Shown here piece by piece: positions 9,966 through 20,000 of a stretch of DNA of 20,000 bases; the first letter of the stretch is position 1, and the number at the start of each line of letters is the position of its first letter. The notes under the pieces are model-generated. The model was given only the letters and a program-made list of their open reading frames with translations. It ran no database searches and was not told the origin of the DNA. This DNA is from Dimargaris cristalligena (Eukaryota), in assembly GCA_003614675.1 (NCBI GenBank), contig ML002220.1, positions 59,547 through 79,546 on the forward strand, given 5' to 3'. A program made the position numbers and the translations under genes.

Positions 9966-11419
9966 TGGGGGGAATTTGTAGTATATTTCTTTCCCCGGTT
10001 GGACTTTCCGTAGCAATGGGGATTTCTCGATTGCTTTATTTGGAAAGAGAGAGTCAGAGAGAGGAGCAGATGGTACTTCGATTTATTGTTGAGGTGTTGC
10101 CTGTATATACTTTTATCATATTCATTTATTTTTTGGAGATGGGCTATTCCCACCGGGGCATTGTTCTCCCTTTTGCCGCTTGGCGTAGAAAATAGATCAC
10201 TTCCGTCGGCTTTCCGACTCGCTTAAAATGAGTTGGGCCGGGCTCGTTTATACATTTATTAGTCTGCTATTGGACCTATTATGCCCTTTTTTTAAAAAAA
10301 AGCAGGAACTACGGCCTAGAAGGCGAGAATTGCTTAGCCCGGTTCCTGGTAGGCGGTACAAGAGGGGTAAGTAAGTAAGTAAGCAAAGTCGGCGGTGAGT
10401 GCCGATAGTCAGATGAGCAGCGAGGCGTATCCGTGACTGTTTAGTTGAATGCAAGTAGGGATGGGCAATGTTAAATGGGGGGAGGTGACAATAGACAAAT
10501 AGTTGGGAAGGGATAACGCAGTCAATGTGACTAAACTAAGGGACCAAATGCTATTACTGTGAAATTGTGAAGCTTTTCGGATTGTCCCTTAACCCGCCTC
10601 ACCTTTTACTCTCTCTCTCTTTTGTATCTGTCCCAGAACCATCCATCTAGACTGGCTTCCTGGTCATCTATACAACTAATTGGGAAGTATTTCATGGTGG
10701 TATTAAGGCTTGCTAATCTAATGACTAACTTGCTCATTAGGTTTTATCCTTCGACACTCACTCCACTCCACTTCACGCCAAATCCAATCCCTATGTCTTG
10801 GGGATATACTCCCCCCTCCCCCTTCTTCGCCTTGCCCTTCATGTGACATTTCCGATTCATTTAGTTTTCGAATTGCAATGAATGAATGAACGGGGCCCCG
10901 TGATGAAAATAGGCAAAGTGTGAATTTACGAGGCGTGACTGATGGCCCAGGGTAATAGAAACGACCGCCATACCCCCTCCTCCTCACCTACTATCGCACC
11001 CTTTCCCCCCCCCAGCTCTGGTATTTCCCCGCCAATGACTGCGTGGACGCGAGAGAGTGCGAGTAGGGTGACTATGATTTGCACCAGGTGCATTGGTATA
11101 GGATTTCCCCCTCCCTCCCCCCTTATTGGTTCCCAGGATTGACTGAGAATCTCATCCCCTGCGACCTCTCGGTCAGTGCCGATAAGTCAAGACTACAAAA
11201 AAATTGGGAAAGACTAATGCGGACTCGTCCAGGAGGTTACGGAAGAAACCCCGTGGACTTGTGACAAAGGGTTTTCTATTATTTTACTTTACATTCGATG
11301 GTATTGTGCCAAGTAAAGCCGGGGGGAGGGAGAGGGAGAGGGAGAATGGGCATACGCGAGGATAGAATTGGGCAGCAATAAGACAATCCTCCCATACTTC
11401 AGGGATGATGTTCGCCGAA

Positions 11420-11486
11420 GTGTGTGTGTCTGTGTGTGTGTGTAAGTGTAGGGCGGGAGGGGCTAGATGATGATGATGATGATGAT
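11420..11486. repeat. Adjacent (GT)n and (GAT)7 microsatellites
   Basis: Imperfect GT run at ~11420-11443 and GAT run at 11466-11486. Confidence 0.85.
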
Positions 11487-14267
11487 GGTGAACGAACCGT
11501 CACTGTGCCTGAACGTTATGCTTATTGTGAAGTGTGGTTCCTAACCTCTACAGACCTCTCTTAAAAGCCAAGCTTACTGGGTGATGGGCAAGACGGCTCC
11601 CGAAACCGTCAGAATGCCCCGTGCCCAAATCAATACCCCCCCTTCTCATATAATGTGACCAGGCCTGATACTGTGAAGTGGTTATAGGTGACCTGTTGTG
11701 AAGACCTTCCCGTCGCTAGACTCATATGTACGAATAATGTTTAGTCAATGCTTTATGGCTATACACCAACAAAGGTCTAATGCAATGTCCAAGATTGCCC
11801 TCCCCCACCATGGTAAGTTCCCATTAAGCGGATTGTCCACACTTTATGGAATGACGCGAGCTACTAGATACGGAACCCTATCGCAATTGAGGGGAGTTGT
11901 TTAGTACACCTTGTCTCTACACTCCCACTCACCCTCCATTTAGGCATATACCACAACATCTTTTAATTTGTACTCACACACACACACATTCGCTCTCTCT
12001 CCCTCTCTCATCATTTCCAAATCGGGGCTTCTATAATAAAGCCCGAATATAAGATGGATTGAGGCTGGGAATGCGGCGGTTTGGTGGGTGCAGGAGCCTG
12101 GCTTTCACCGGGGTCTCAAATCAAGCAGATGTGAAGATGTTTACCAAAGAAAAAAAAGGCGCGGGGGCAGGTGATGGTTGAAATAGAACATTCAATGTAG
12201 AGAAGTACTAGGGATTAAGAGATAGAAATATATATTTTTAATAAAAATGAAAATGAACGACAATTGGAAGTTACAGTTGCAGTAATAAAGAATCGACCCA
12301 ACCTCATTTATCCATCGCCATGGACAATTAACTCAACAATAGTAGAATGCACCACTGCACCAGGTACCACTTTAATGGTAAAGAACAGGCGGAAGCTTAC
12401 GAAATGAGGCACCGATGGATTAATAGCATTGTTCCTAGCAAATCAACTGAGCCTCCCCCCCTCACGCACACTTCCACCCGTTCCTTGTTATGCTGACCCC
12501 TTCTCAGACCTGTAGACTTCCCCATCTGGTCTAGTTATACAGTAAATAGGGGTTGGATAGAGTAGCCAAATCCATTGTACTTTACCAACCTTTTTAGGGT
12601 GACCTAGGAACCCCACACCTAGAACCAGGGGGGGGTGGTGATATTATTATGATTGATGAAGTAATACCCCAATAGTGAAGGTTTGCCTGGAAACATAGAA
12701 GTACCGCCTACTTGGGTTATTGGCATGTAGGAGAAAGGCGACTGTAACAATACTGGACTCATTACTTGTCAATGTCAACCGGTCTATATAATTTGGTTCT
12801 CCGGAACCAGTCGCCCACAGTGGGTTTTGCATGGTGGGGTAAACGCAAGAGCTGTTTGCCCACCCCCACAACCCATACTCGCCTTAGCATTGTTATATAT
12901 ATATATTTCCGTTTGGGATGCCTTCATTTTCTCCCAACAGGCTAAAGAAATACGGAAAGATTGGGAATGCCGGAAACGGAGGTCACTGGCTAGGGCGGAG
13001 TCGGAGATGGAATGATGCACGGAATAATAGACGACCAGGCTGTTCCTGGGCCAGAATGGTCTAAAAATGACGACACGGATCTTCACCGGTACTCTGGGTC
13101 GCATCCATAAAATAAAATAATATAAATATATATACATACATTGTCAAAGTAAAAGGACAATAGACATGGTAAACCAACCCCTTTTCCCTGTACCTCATTT
13201 TTTCAATGTCAGTGGGAATTCGCACTGGTAGACCCAGCAAGGAAAAGGCCGGAACTCCAACGGATGAATTCGTAAGGATCGTACCGGAAGGACTTTCACC
13301 CTTCCCTTGGGCTATTTTTTAGTCAGCCCACCTCGCTCTTAAGTAAGCACCCACCTTTCCCACCCATCTCTCTCTCTCTTCGGATCCACCCCGGTGGTCC
13401 CTTTGGCTCCGTCTCTAGCCACACCCGGTCGTATTTATGAAATAAAAGAGGCGCTCCCCTCCCACGAACGGGACCGTAGCTGCGGCACATTCGGTGGTCC
13501 ACGGGTCGTCGTTGAACAAGTGTATTGTGTAGTACAGCCCGATATTGGCGGGTGATTTAGTTGTGCATGCTATAATATACCGGCAGCTTTATCTAACGGG
13601 AAAAAGTGGAGGAGAAGGAGCGGAAATGTTCTGGTCCAGCCGTTCCGTTGGTTGCGTATTGCGTGGTTGTTGTTCAAAGGGAATGGTAGTACATCATTTC
13701 TACACGGGGTCCGGTGAGTAATAGTAAGCCAAGGTGGGGGGTATGTGTCAAATCAAAGGGACGAGCAAACGTAATGAGGGGATATAATTAGATTGGGGAG
13801 AGTAACGGTCCAGCAAATTCTATGGCTAATTTATGAATCTTGATTGTTAGAGGAAATGTAGTGGTGGTGTATCTACTATGGGTTATTTTCCGACTAATTT
13901 TTGGGTTTAGTCAGACGCCACGGTTATTGGCCAGCCTCATTAATGATTTAATCTAATTCCGGGCGATGGTGATCGAAACCAAAAATATGAATAATAACAA
14001 AAGATATCCTCCAAAAAACACGGGAATATCGACGGGGTAAGCCATGCGTAAGGGGCAATCGAGTGTCACTCACTACTACTGATGGGGTAGGCTTATCTTT
14101 CAAACTTTTCGCCAGAAAACAAAATAACGAAAAAGACAGTCAACGGGGGGACCGCCGCGCGGCCTTGGCGAAGTGTCAAGTACGAGGGGGACTGAATAAG
14201 AGAAGATTCTGGCGGTTCGATTAGTCAGGGCGCCGTAGTCAACGAGGAGTTGCTGGTATTAATAATC

Positions 14268-14295
14268 ACACACACACACTCTCTCTCTCTCTCTC
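14268..14295. repeat. Compound (CA)n(CT)n microsatellite
   Basis: cacacacacacactctctctctctctctc visible directly. Confidence 0.85.
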
Positions 14296-15320
14296 CGCCA
14301 AGCTGCAGGATCGAACGTCATCCAGAGGGTTCCAGGAGGCAACCTGTCCTACACTGCCCGTATTATTATTTTTTCGATTTTACGTGTCGCCGAGTTTCTG
14401 GAATTTGCGTTGGCATTACTTTCAGCCGCCAGGCCAGTCGGCCACGCATGCGCGATTTTTATTTCAATTATGGTTCACATTTACTTTTAGGCCCTGTTTA
14501 CCTCACCCATGTGGCGGGCCATCCAGTAGGGAAGATGATGGAGTACTTAACAGTGGTATAGGGGGAGGAAGGCAATTAAAGGAAAGGAAAGGAAAGGGAG
14601 GGAGGGAGGGAAGAGCAGCTGCTGGGAAAGCACATGGGCCTGAATCAAACAACAATATGCGTTTCGTACGAGTAAGGTAATTGGAACCCATACCCTATTA
14701 TTGGGACCGATCAACTGGACTTCTAGACGTTCCATGATGCCAAGCCAATGTGATTATTAAACCTGGTAGGTCGTCGAAAAGAGCTACTTTGCGCCCCAGG
14801 AGGAATACTATTAATTGGGTAGGGACAATACTCGTTCGGAGGTTAAACGACTGAAAGGGGAAGGTAGGCCCAGTTCACCACTGCTTTATTTGTTTTGGCC
14901 AAGCCATGGTGAAACACCGGCGAAGACAAAGGCCCTTTCCCACTGGTGTGGCGCAAGGCGGAGGAGACCAGAAAGAAAAGGATTCACGAAGGTACGGGCT
15001 GACTCTGGAACACCTCCCCAGCTACCCAGTTTAACGGGCCCTATAGATGGACTGGGAGGGCCTAATTGTTGAAAAAAGGGGTTATGCTATACTGGAGGGC
15101 AGGGTGGGGGGGCATCCATCGGGTGGATTATGAAGAGGCGCCTACTCTCTCATTCGACCGGGTGGTTTGGGTATGTATGACACACATACACACACAGCTG
15201 CCTGAGAGTGAGGGATATGGGGCCCGGACGGAAATATGGGGAGGGTGATGAAGGCTGCCGCAGTCGGAAGGAGAGGGAGTGCGAGTTTATTGAAGCAGCA
15301 GCCCACCATTATATGCGGGG

Positions 15321-15422
15321 CCAATCAATGGGGGACCAGTATTGTGTGGTTCTGCTATTACTGGATAGAATAATATCCCTGTTTCTTCCTGCCATCCCTG
15401 CTGGCCTTTTGGATTATATAAA
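15321..15422 (+). promoter_or_regulatory. Putative core promoter of TZF-B (CCAAT box plus TATA box)
   Basis: CCAAT at 15321-15325 and TATATAAA at 15415-15422. These are followed by ~400 nt of pyrimidine-rich sequence with no ATG before the start codon at 15822. Confidence 0.5.
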
Positions 15423-15700
15423 TAATACCGCCTTCGCTCTCCCTTCCGGTTCTCCTCACCATCGAACTTCAATCCATCTGCCTTCTCTCTTCAGCTATTC
15501 CATACGGTAATAGTTGTGAACCAGTTCTACTTTATTACATCTATTATTCTAAACTACTACTACTATCTCCCTTCAACAAGCGGACCGCACCTATCTAATA
15601 GCCTTTCTATTCGATCAGCCGTCTATTTGCCCCTTCGTCTCTTCTACTTACTCCGCTCAACTGATTAGCCTTCGGTGATTATCTAGCGTCGCTGGGCCAT

Positions 15701-15729
15701 ACATACACACACACACACATATATATATA
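15701..15729. repeat. Compound (CA)n(TA)n microsatellite in the TZF-B leader
   Basis: acatacacacacacacacatatatatata visible directly. Confidence 0.85.
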
Positions 15730-15821
15730 AGCCATCCGTCCCTCGCCATCTTCATCAGCACACTACTTCTTCGTCTTCTCTAACCCTTCTTTCCAGCACA
15801 ACCGTCTATCCAATCTCCAGC

Positions 15822-18800
15822 ATGAGCATTGGCGCTCCCACCCGTAACCGTCGCTCGTCCACGCCCCTCGACCGCCGTATGGCTCGTCGGGCCACCACCT
15901 CGTCGGCCCCGTCCACGGCTGACTCCAGCCCCGTTCTCACCGCCGACGACGAGCAAAGCAAGCTATACAAAACTGAATTGTGTCGGTCCTACATGGACAC
16001 AGGCTACTGCAGGTAAGTTTCTCTCTCTCTTTCTCTTTCTATATTATTCTGGCTGTGTGGCAGCTGTATGCGCATGCGGCTGCGTGTGTGCGTGATGGAG
16101 TGAATGCGTGTGTGGGTATATATGCATGCATATATGTGAGTAAATGGAGGCTCATACTCTTACCATACGCTGTTCTTCTCTTTCTGGGGCGATGCTCGTC
16201 AATTGAAATAGTCTCCAAACACCCGTCGCCCATTAATTACCACACCGACCTCCTTTTTGGCTCCATTTTGTACTGTCTTTTTTATATATATAGTTTCTGG
16301 CACCTTCCACTAGACCCATTATTTATTTTGGTGTGTGTATGGGTTTTTCTTGTTCTTTCGCGGTTTGTTTGGGCAGCATTTCTTCCCCACCCTCTTTGCT
16401 TCTCGTTTCTGCTCTTTCGGGACGGTTTCCCGGGAGTAGGGGCCCCGCGAAGACCGAGGAGGGGGTAGGAGAGGTCTTCGTCACCTGGACACGCGTCTTT
16501 ATTACTACCATCCCTTATTTTCCTTTTCAACGGGAGGTGTGTACCCTTGCGGTCGATGCGGCCTGAAGGGAGGGAGTTTAGAAACCACCATCACCGGATT
16601 TTCCAACCACACCTTCCTTTTTCTAGCTATAATTTTTTTGGGCTTCTGGTATCATCGCTTGTGATTGGCTGGCTATCCAACCGTACCTATTCGTGGTTCG
16701 TTAATTATTTTTCGCCATTCACTGGTTGGACTGTGTGGTTAAGTCCCCCCCATGTCTGATAACCACACCACACCTCTTCTCTTGACTGCGGTTGGTCGCC
16801 TTATTGGATGCGGGGGAGGATGGCCCATAAGTGGTAACACAATCACATTGGGCCCATTTCACTCATGATGGATATGCCGCCAAGCCCTTTTCTCCCTCTT
16901 GCCTGCTGCTGCAACACATACTATCCTCCCTTATTCTTTTATTCCAAACTGGCTCTATGGCCTTGGTCAGCCGTTTCATTGATATCCAGCGGTGGTGGTA
17001 TTGTTCTTGGCCGCTTATCATTGGGGGGACCCAATGGTCAGATATCGGGTCATGGGATTACCGCTGCCGGGGGTTCCTTACTCTCGCTATTCTTTATAGC
17101 TGCATGCTTCATGGCCTCTTCGCGCCCCTAGATTATACTGGTGATTGTTGTCCCCGCATCCTGGCTGTCTACTTTTTGTTTGCTGGGGCTTGTCGCTTGA
17201 CCTGCATTGCCGCAGGATTGGGGATGCGCCAGCACTATCTCATGAATCCAAGATGTTGGTGTGTTTACCAATCCTTCCAATTCATTGTATCTTACCTTTT
17301 TGGGTGAGCCAACCACTTCATGATGCCATGGTTCTCCTATGTTTCTTTTAGAGGAATGGCATCTCCCTTTCCTTCCCTGCCATTCCTTCCATTTGCTGTA
17401 TCTAGTACATACACCATCCGCACACACATACACAAACAGCTAGCCACCACCTTTTACAAAGGTCGTTTTACTAGTATGATCACCATTGCACCATCCCGCC
17501 CTTCTCGACTGGAGTGCAATGATCCCTGTTAACTGTGAGTTCCTAACCCCCCCTGTCATCATGCTGTGTTTTCTTGTTCGAATCCCACCCTGCCCTTTTT
17601 TAATTGGTACACCTATTAGATATAGCAACCAGTGCAAATTTGCCCATGGCGAAGTCGATCTCCGCCGTCGTGATCGTCATCCCCGCTACAAGTCCGAAAT
17701 ATGCCGTTCCTTTTGGAACCACGGCACTTGCCGCTACGGTAGTCGCTGTGACTTCCGCCATGAAATGGCCCCGCATGGCTCCAAGAAGAATCGCGAGTCA
17801 AATGCCGTCCGTACTCGCCGTTCGAGCCATTACACGACCACCGACGACCTTGAGGCACCCCTCTCCCTGGACAACCTGGGTAGCGTCTCTGAAGAGGCCT
17901 CATCTGAGCATACCGAATCCCGGGCATTGTCTCCCCTGCCGTCCGCTGCCAACTTTGGCACACCCGGCCTCCTGAGGCGGACTGGCGCCGACATTAGCGA
18001 TATGCCTTTCTTCGCCCTCCCGCAGTTGGAGTCGCCACCTCTGAGTGCCACCCTGTTCGACCCCCCTGTCCCACAACAGCACCACTATTCCCCTACCCTC
18101 TCGTCGTCTCGCATGACCTGGGGAAACGATGACACCTTCCTAGGCAGTCTCTCCCCGCCGAACGTCTACTCTTCGCTACCTCGCCAATCGAGCCTGCCCA
18201 GCCCATTCGCCTTTCCCGCCTTGTCGGGTGTTCGCCCTCGCCAAATCTCTCTGTCGAGTGGAACTGGTAGCCTGGCCTCGTCGTTCAACTCCCCTGGTCT
18301 CCGGGGCTTGGTTACCACCGAAGAAGACCTGCGGGCCGCCGAGTACGATTCCATCTCCACCCCCAACTATGGTGACATGACCCTCAAGCTTATCGAGGCC
18401 GACCAGGACGAGCCCCTCCCCGAAGTCGAGACGACATCGGCCATGATGGAACTCATGTGGGGTGGAAAGAGCCCGAACGGCAATGTCCGTTCCGACGGCC
18501 GGCCACTGAGCCGAAGCAGTGTAATGGATCAGAGCTCCAAGAGTGACTATAACACCGCACCCTCGTCCCCCCCAGTTGGTGGAGCGTACTCGCCCTGGTC
18601 TCTCAATTCGCCCGTCAGTCCGGCATTCTCTCCCCAGTTGGCCCCGCCCGGCTTTATGGCCGGCCCCAAGGTGGCCGAATCGACTGATCCGTCGGCCTTG
18701 GTTGCCCGCGGCGGCGGTGGATTGCCCTTTGGGTTAAGTCAGTGCGTGGCTCCCCTACTGTCACTGTCCCGTTCGCCCAAAACCGGCTCCATCATTTATT

Positions 18801-18844
18801 CGCTCACCACCAGCCACTGCAGTTTCGTCACTAGCGGATTTTAG
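15822..18844 (+). CDS. TZF-B: TTP/TIS11/Cth2/Zfs1-family CCCH tandem zinc-finger ARE-binding protein, 471 aa; exons 15822-16012 and 17620-18844
   Basis: Exon 1 ends KLYKTELCRSYMDTGYCR at AG|GTAAGT. Exon 2 after ATTAG(17619) reads YSNQCKFAHGEVDLRRRDRHPRYKSEICRSFWNHGTCRYGSRCDFRH. Two C-x8-C-x5-C-x3-H fingers with an 18-aa linker and YKTEL/YKSEI lead-ins, then a Ser/Pro-rich tail. The last ~35 codons are less certain because of a donor-like GTCAGT at 18738. Confidence 0.93.
16013..17619 (+). other. 1607-nt phase-2 intron interrupting zinc finger 1 of TZF-B
   Basis: GTAAGT donor, pyrimidine tract and TAG acceptor. Removing it restores exact CCCH spacing. Confidence 0.9.
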
Positions 18845-18940
18845 ATGGCTCGTGCTCGTGCTCTCCTCGCCGCAATCGGAATGCACCTTTCGGATACTAG
18901 TCCATTTTTCTTAAAAAAACAAAAACAAAACAGCAGCCAC

Positions 18941-19358
18941 TATTTACCATTTGGGTACTGAATTCGACGCCAATTTCCGCTCGTATTTATTTTATTTATC
19001 CCGAGTTTTTCCCTCCTCCCAATTCGGATCATCCTTTACTATTTTCTATCCAATTTGCTTATAACATACTCTGCAGCTGTGTTCATACCTATTATTATTT
19101 TGCCTTATATGACCTAAAATCAACGATGTTTTAGCTCTACATACTTTTCGCTTTGTACTTTTTTCCTATGCTTATTTTATTTTAGCTATTCATAGTCTAT
19201 GTCGAACCCAGTCTCCGCTACCGCTTTCGATGTTATAAGCATTCCATTAGACCTGTCCCTTTACCACTGTACTAATACGTTTACTGATCTATTTCTAGAC
19301 TTCCGAATCGCCGATTCTTTGTTCTTTGTTTTTCTTATAACCTCTACACATATTTATT
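18941..19358 (+). promoter_or_regulatory. AU-rich elements in the predicted TZF-B 3' UTR
   Basis: TATTTA 18941-18946, TATTTATTTTATTTAT 18984-18999 (two UAUUUAU heptamers) and TATTTATT 19351-19358, in a U-rich tract. Confidence 0.55.
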
Positions 19359-19508
19359 CAAAAATCCCGTAGAATGCTTTATTTTTTATCTATCACCGTT
19401 TTATCTAATCGCTTATTTCCTTTCCACCCTTTAATTACTCTTCTTATACACTGTACAAAACCATTCGTTCTTCGTTGAATATTATATTTTTATTATTTGC
19501 CCGTATTG

Positions 19509-19514
19509 AATAAA
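19509..19514 (+). terminator. Putative polyadenylation signal of TZF-B
   Basis: AATAAA at the end of the U-rich tract; base composition changes downstream. Confidence 0.5.
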
Positions 19515-20000
19515 ATCAGTATAGCTATATTGACTGATCGAGGGGATACTGCCCATGCTATTTCTGATGTTAAGTAAACATGGGTCAACTAGTTGATATA
19601 GACGGATAGTAACTTGGTATTATTGCCACAGAGTGCAACTTGTCATCTGAAACCAGCAGTTAGGGGTAACTTTTGCGGATCAGGGTTTACTGTGATATGT
19701 ATTGATTTAGTTGGTCACTATTGTCTACATACTTAATTTCAATGTCATGAGAGAAATTTAAACATGTTGCCAGTTTGGCTCAGATGAAGTAGAGTTTTAT
19801 TTAATGTGAATATATAGCATGTGACCTTTTGGTTATAATTTGCTATCCACAGGGAATATATTAAAGGATAGATGGCTCAAAAACCCTCAAAAGCTACAGA
19901 TGTAGAGGGAAAAGATAGGAGGTAGAATAAAGAACAGACCCTGGGAAGAAACCAAGCCCTTATGACAACCAACCCACTTAGCTGGACAGGGGTTGTTGTT

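Noticed and set aside
10367-10383. (GTAA)4 run resembling stacked splice donors
   Set aside because: No supporting upstream exon; most simply a tetranucleotide microsatellite.
11130-11190. CTGAGA...ATCCCC...GACCT as a TPP riboswitch
   Set aside because: The conserved core and helices are not met, and there is no adjacent thiamine gene or host intron.
12347-12496. 49-codon + strand ORF containing QAEAYEMRHRWINSI, reminiscent of a PH-domain C-terminal helix
   Set aside because: In-frame stop just upstream and no upstream exon supplying the rest of a PH domain.
13016-13091. Minus-strand stretch CRHF*TILAQEQPGRLLFRA, with spacing like TZF-B finger 2 (CRSFWNHGTCRYGSRCDFRH), as a possible third, decayed paralog
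   Set aside because: Three of four zinc ligands are missing, there is no second finger or linker, and the central nucleotide identity is poor. Consistent with chance.
13388-13400. ACCCCGGTGGTCC shared with 2619-2631
   Set aside because: A single 13-mer match within 20 kb is expected by chance, and it does not extend.
16831-17307. 158-aa hydrophobic ORF (and 15980-16468) inside the TZF-B intron as a nested gene
   Set aside because: 16831 starts at GTG, neither ORF has a recognisable domain, and the hydrophobicity is explained by T-rich intron composition.
17486-17619. N-terminal part of the 452-aa ORF as the start of TZF-B
   Set aside because: TTG start and intron-like pyrimidine tract. Splicing from 16012 to 17620 restores an exact finger 1.

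Overview
Eukaryotic, intron-containing DNA. It is most likely from an early-diverging fungus; the Cys-to-Asp variant of the CDCA7 finger tentatively points to Zoopagomycota. Manual splicing gives four protein-coding genes, all on the + strand and all poorly captured by the ORF track. (1) The 3' part of a CDCA7-like zf-4CXXC_R1 gene (exons <1-96, 327-397, 654-1083). (2) A complete five-exon MAEA/FYV10/GID9 gene, a CTLH/GID E3 ligase subunit (2848-4823, 407 aa). (3) and (4) A tandem pair of TTP/TIS11/Cth2/Zfs1-type CCCH tandem-zinc-finger (TZF) RNA-binding genes: TZF-A 6639-9374 (656 aa) and TZF-B 15822-18844 (471 aa). Both TZF genes have an unusually long intron at exactly the same codon position inside finger 1. 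TZF-B has near-canonical RNA-contact residues, AU-rich elements in its 3' UTR and a perfect ARE nonamer in its intron. TZF-A keeps all eight zinc ligands but has lost the base-stacking tyrosines and has no 3' AREs, so it may be an altered-specificity or decoy paralog. No mobile elements, rRNA, tRNA or CRISPR arrays were recognised.
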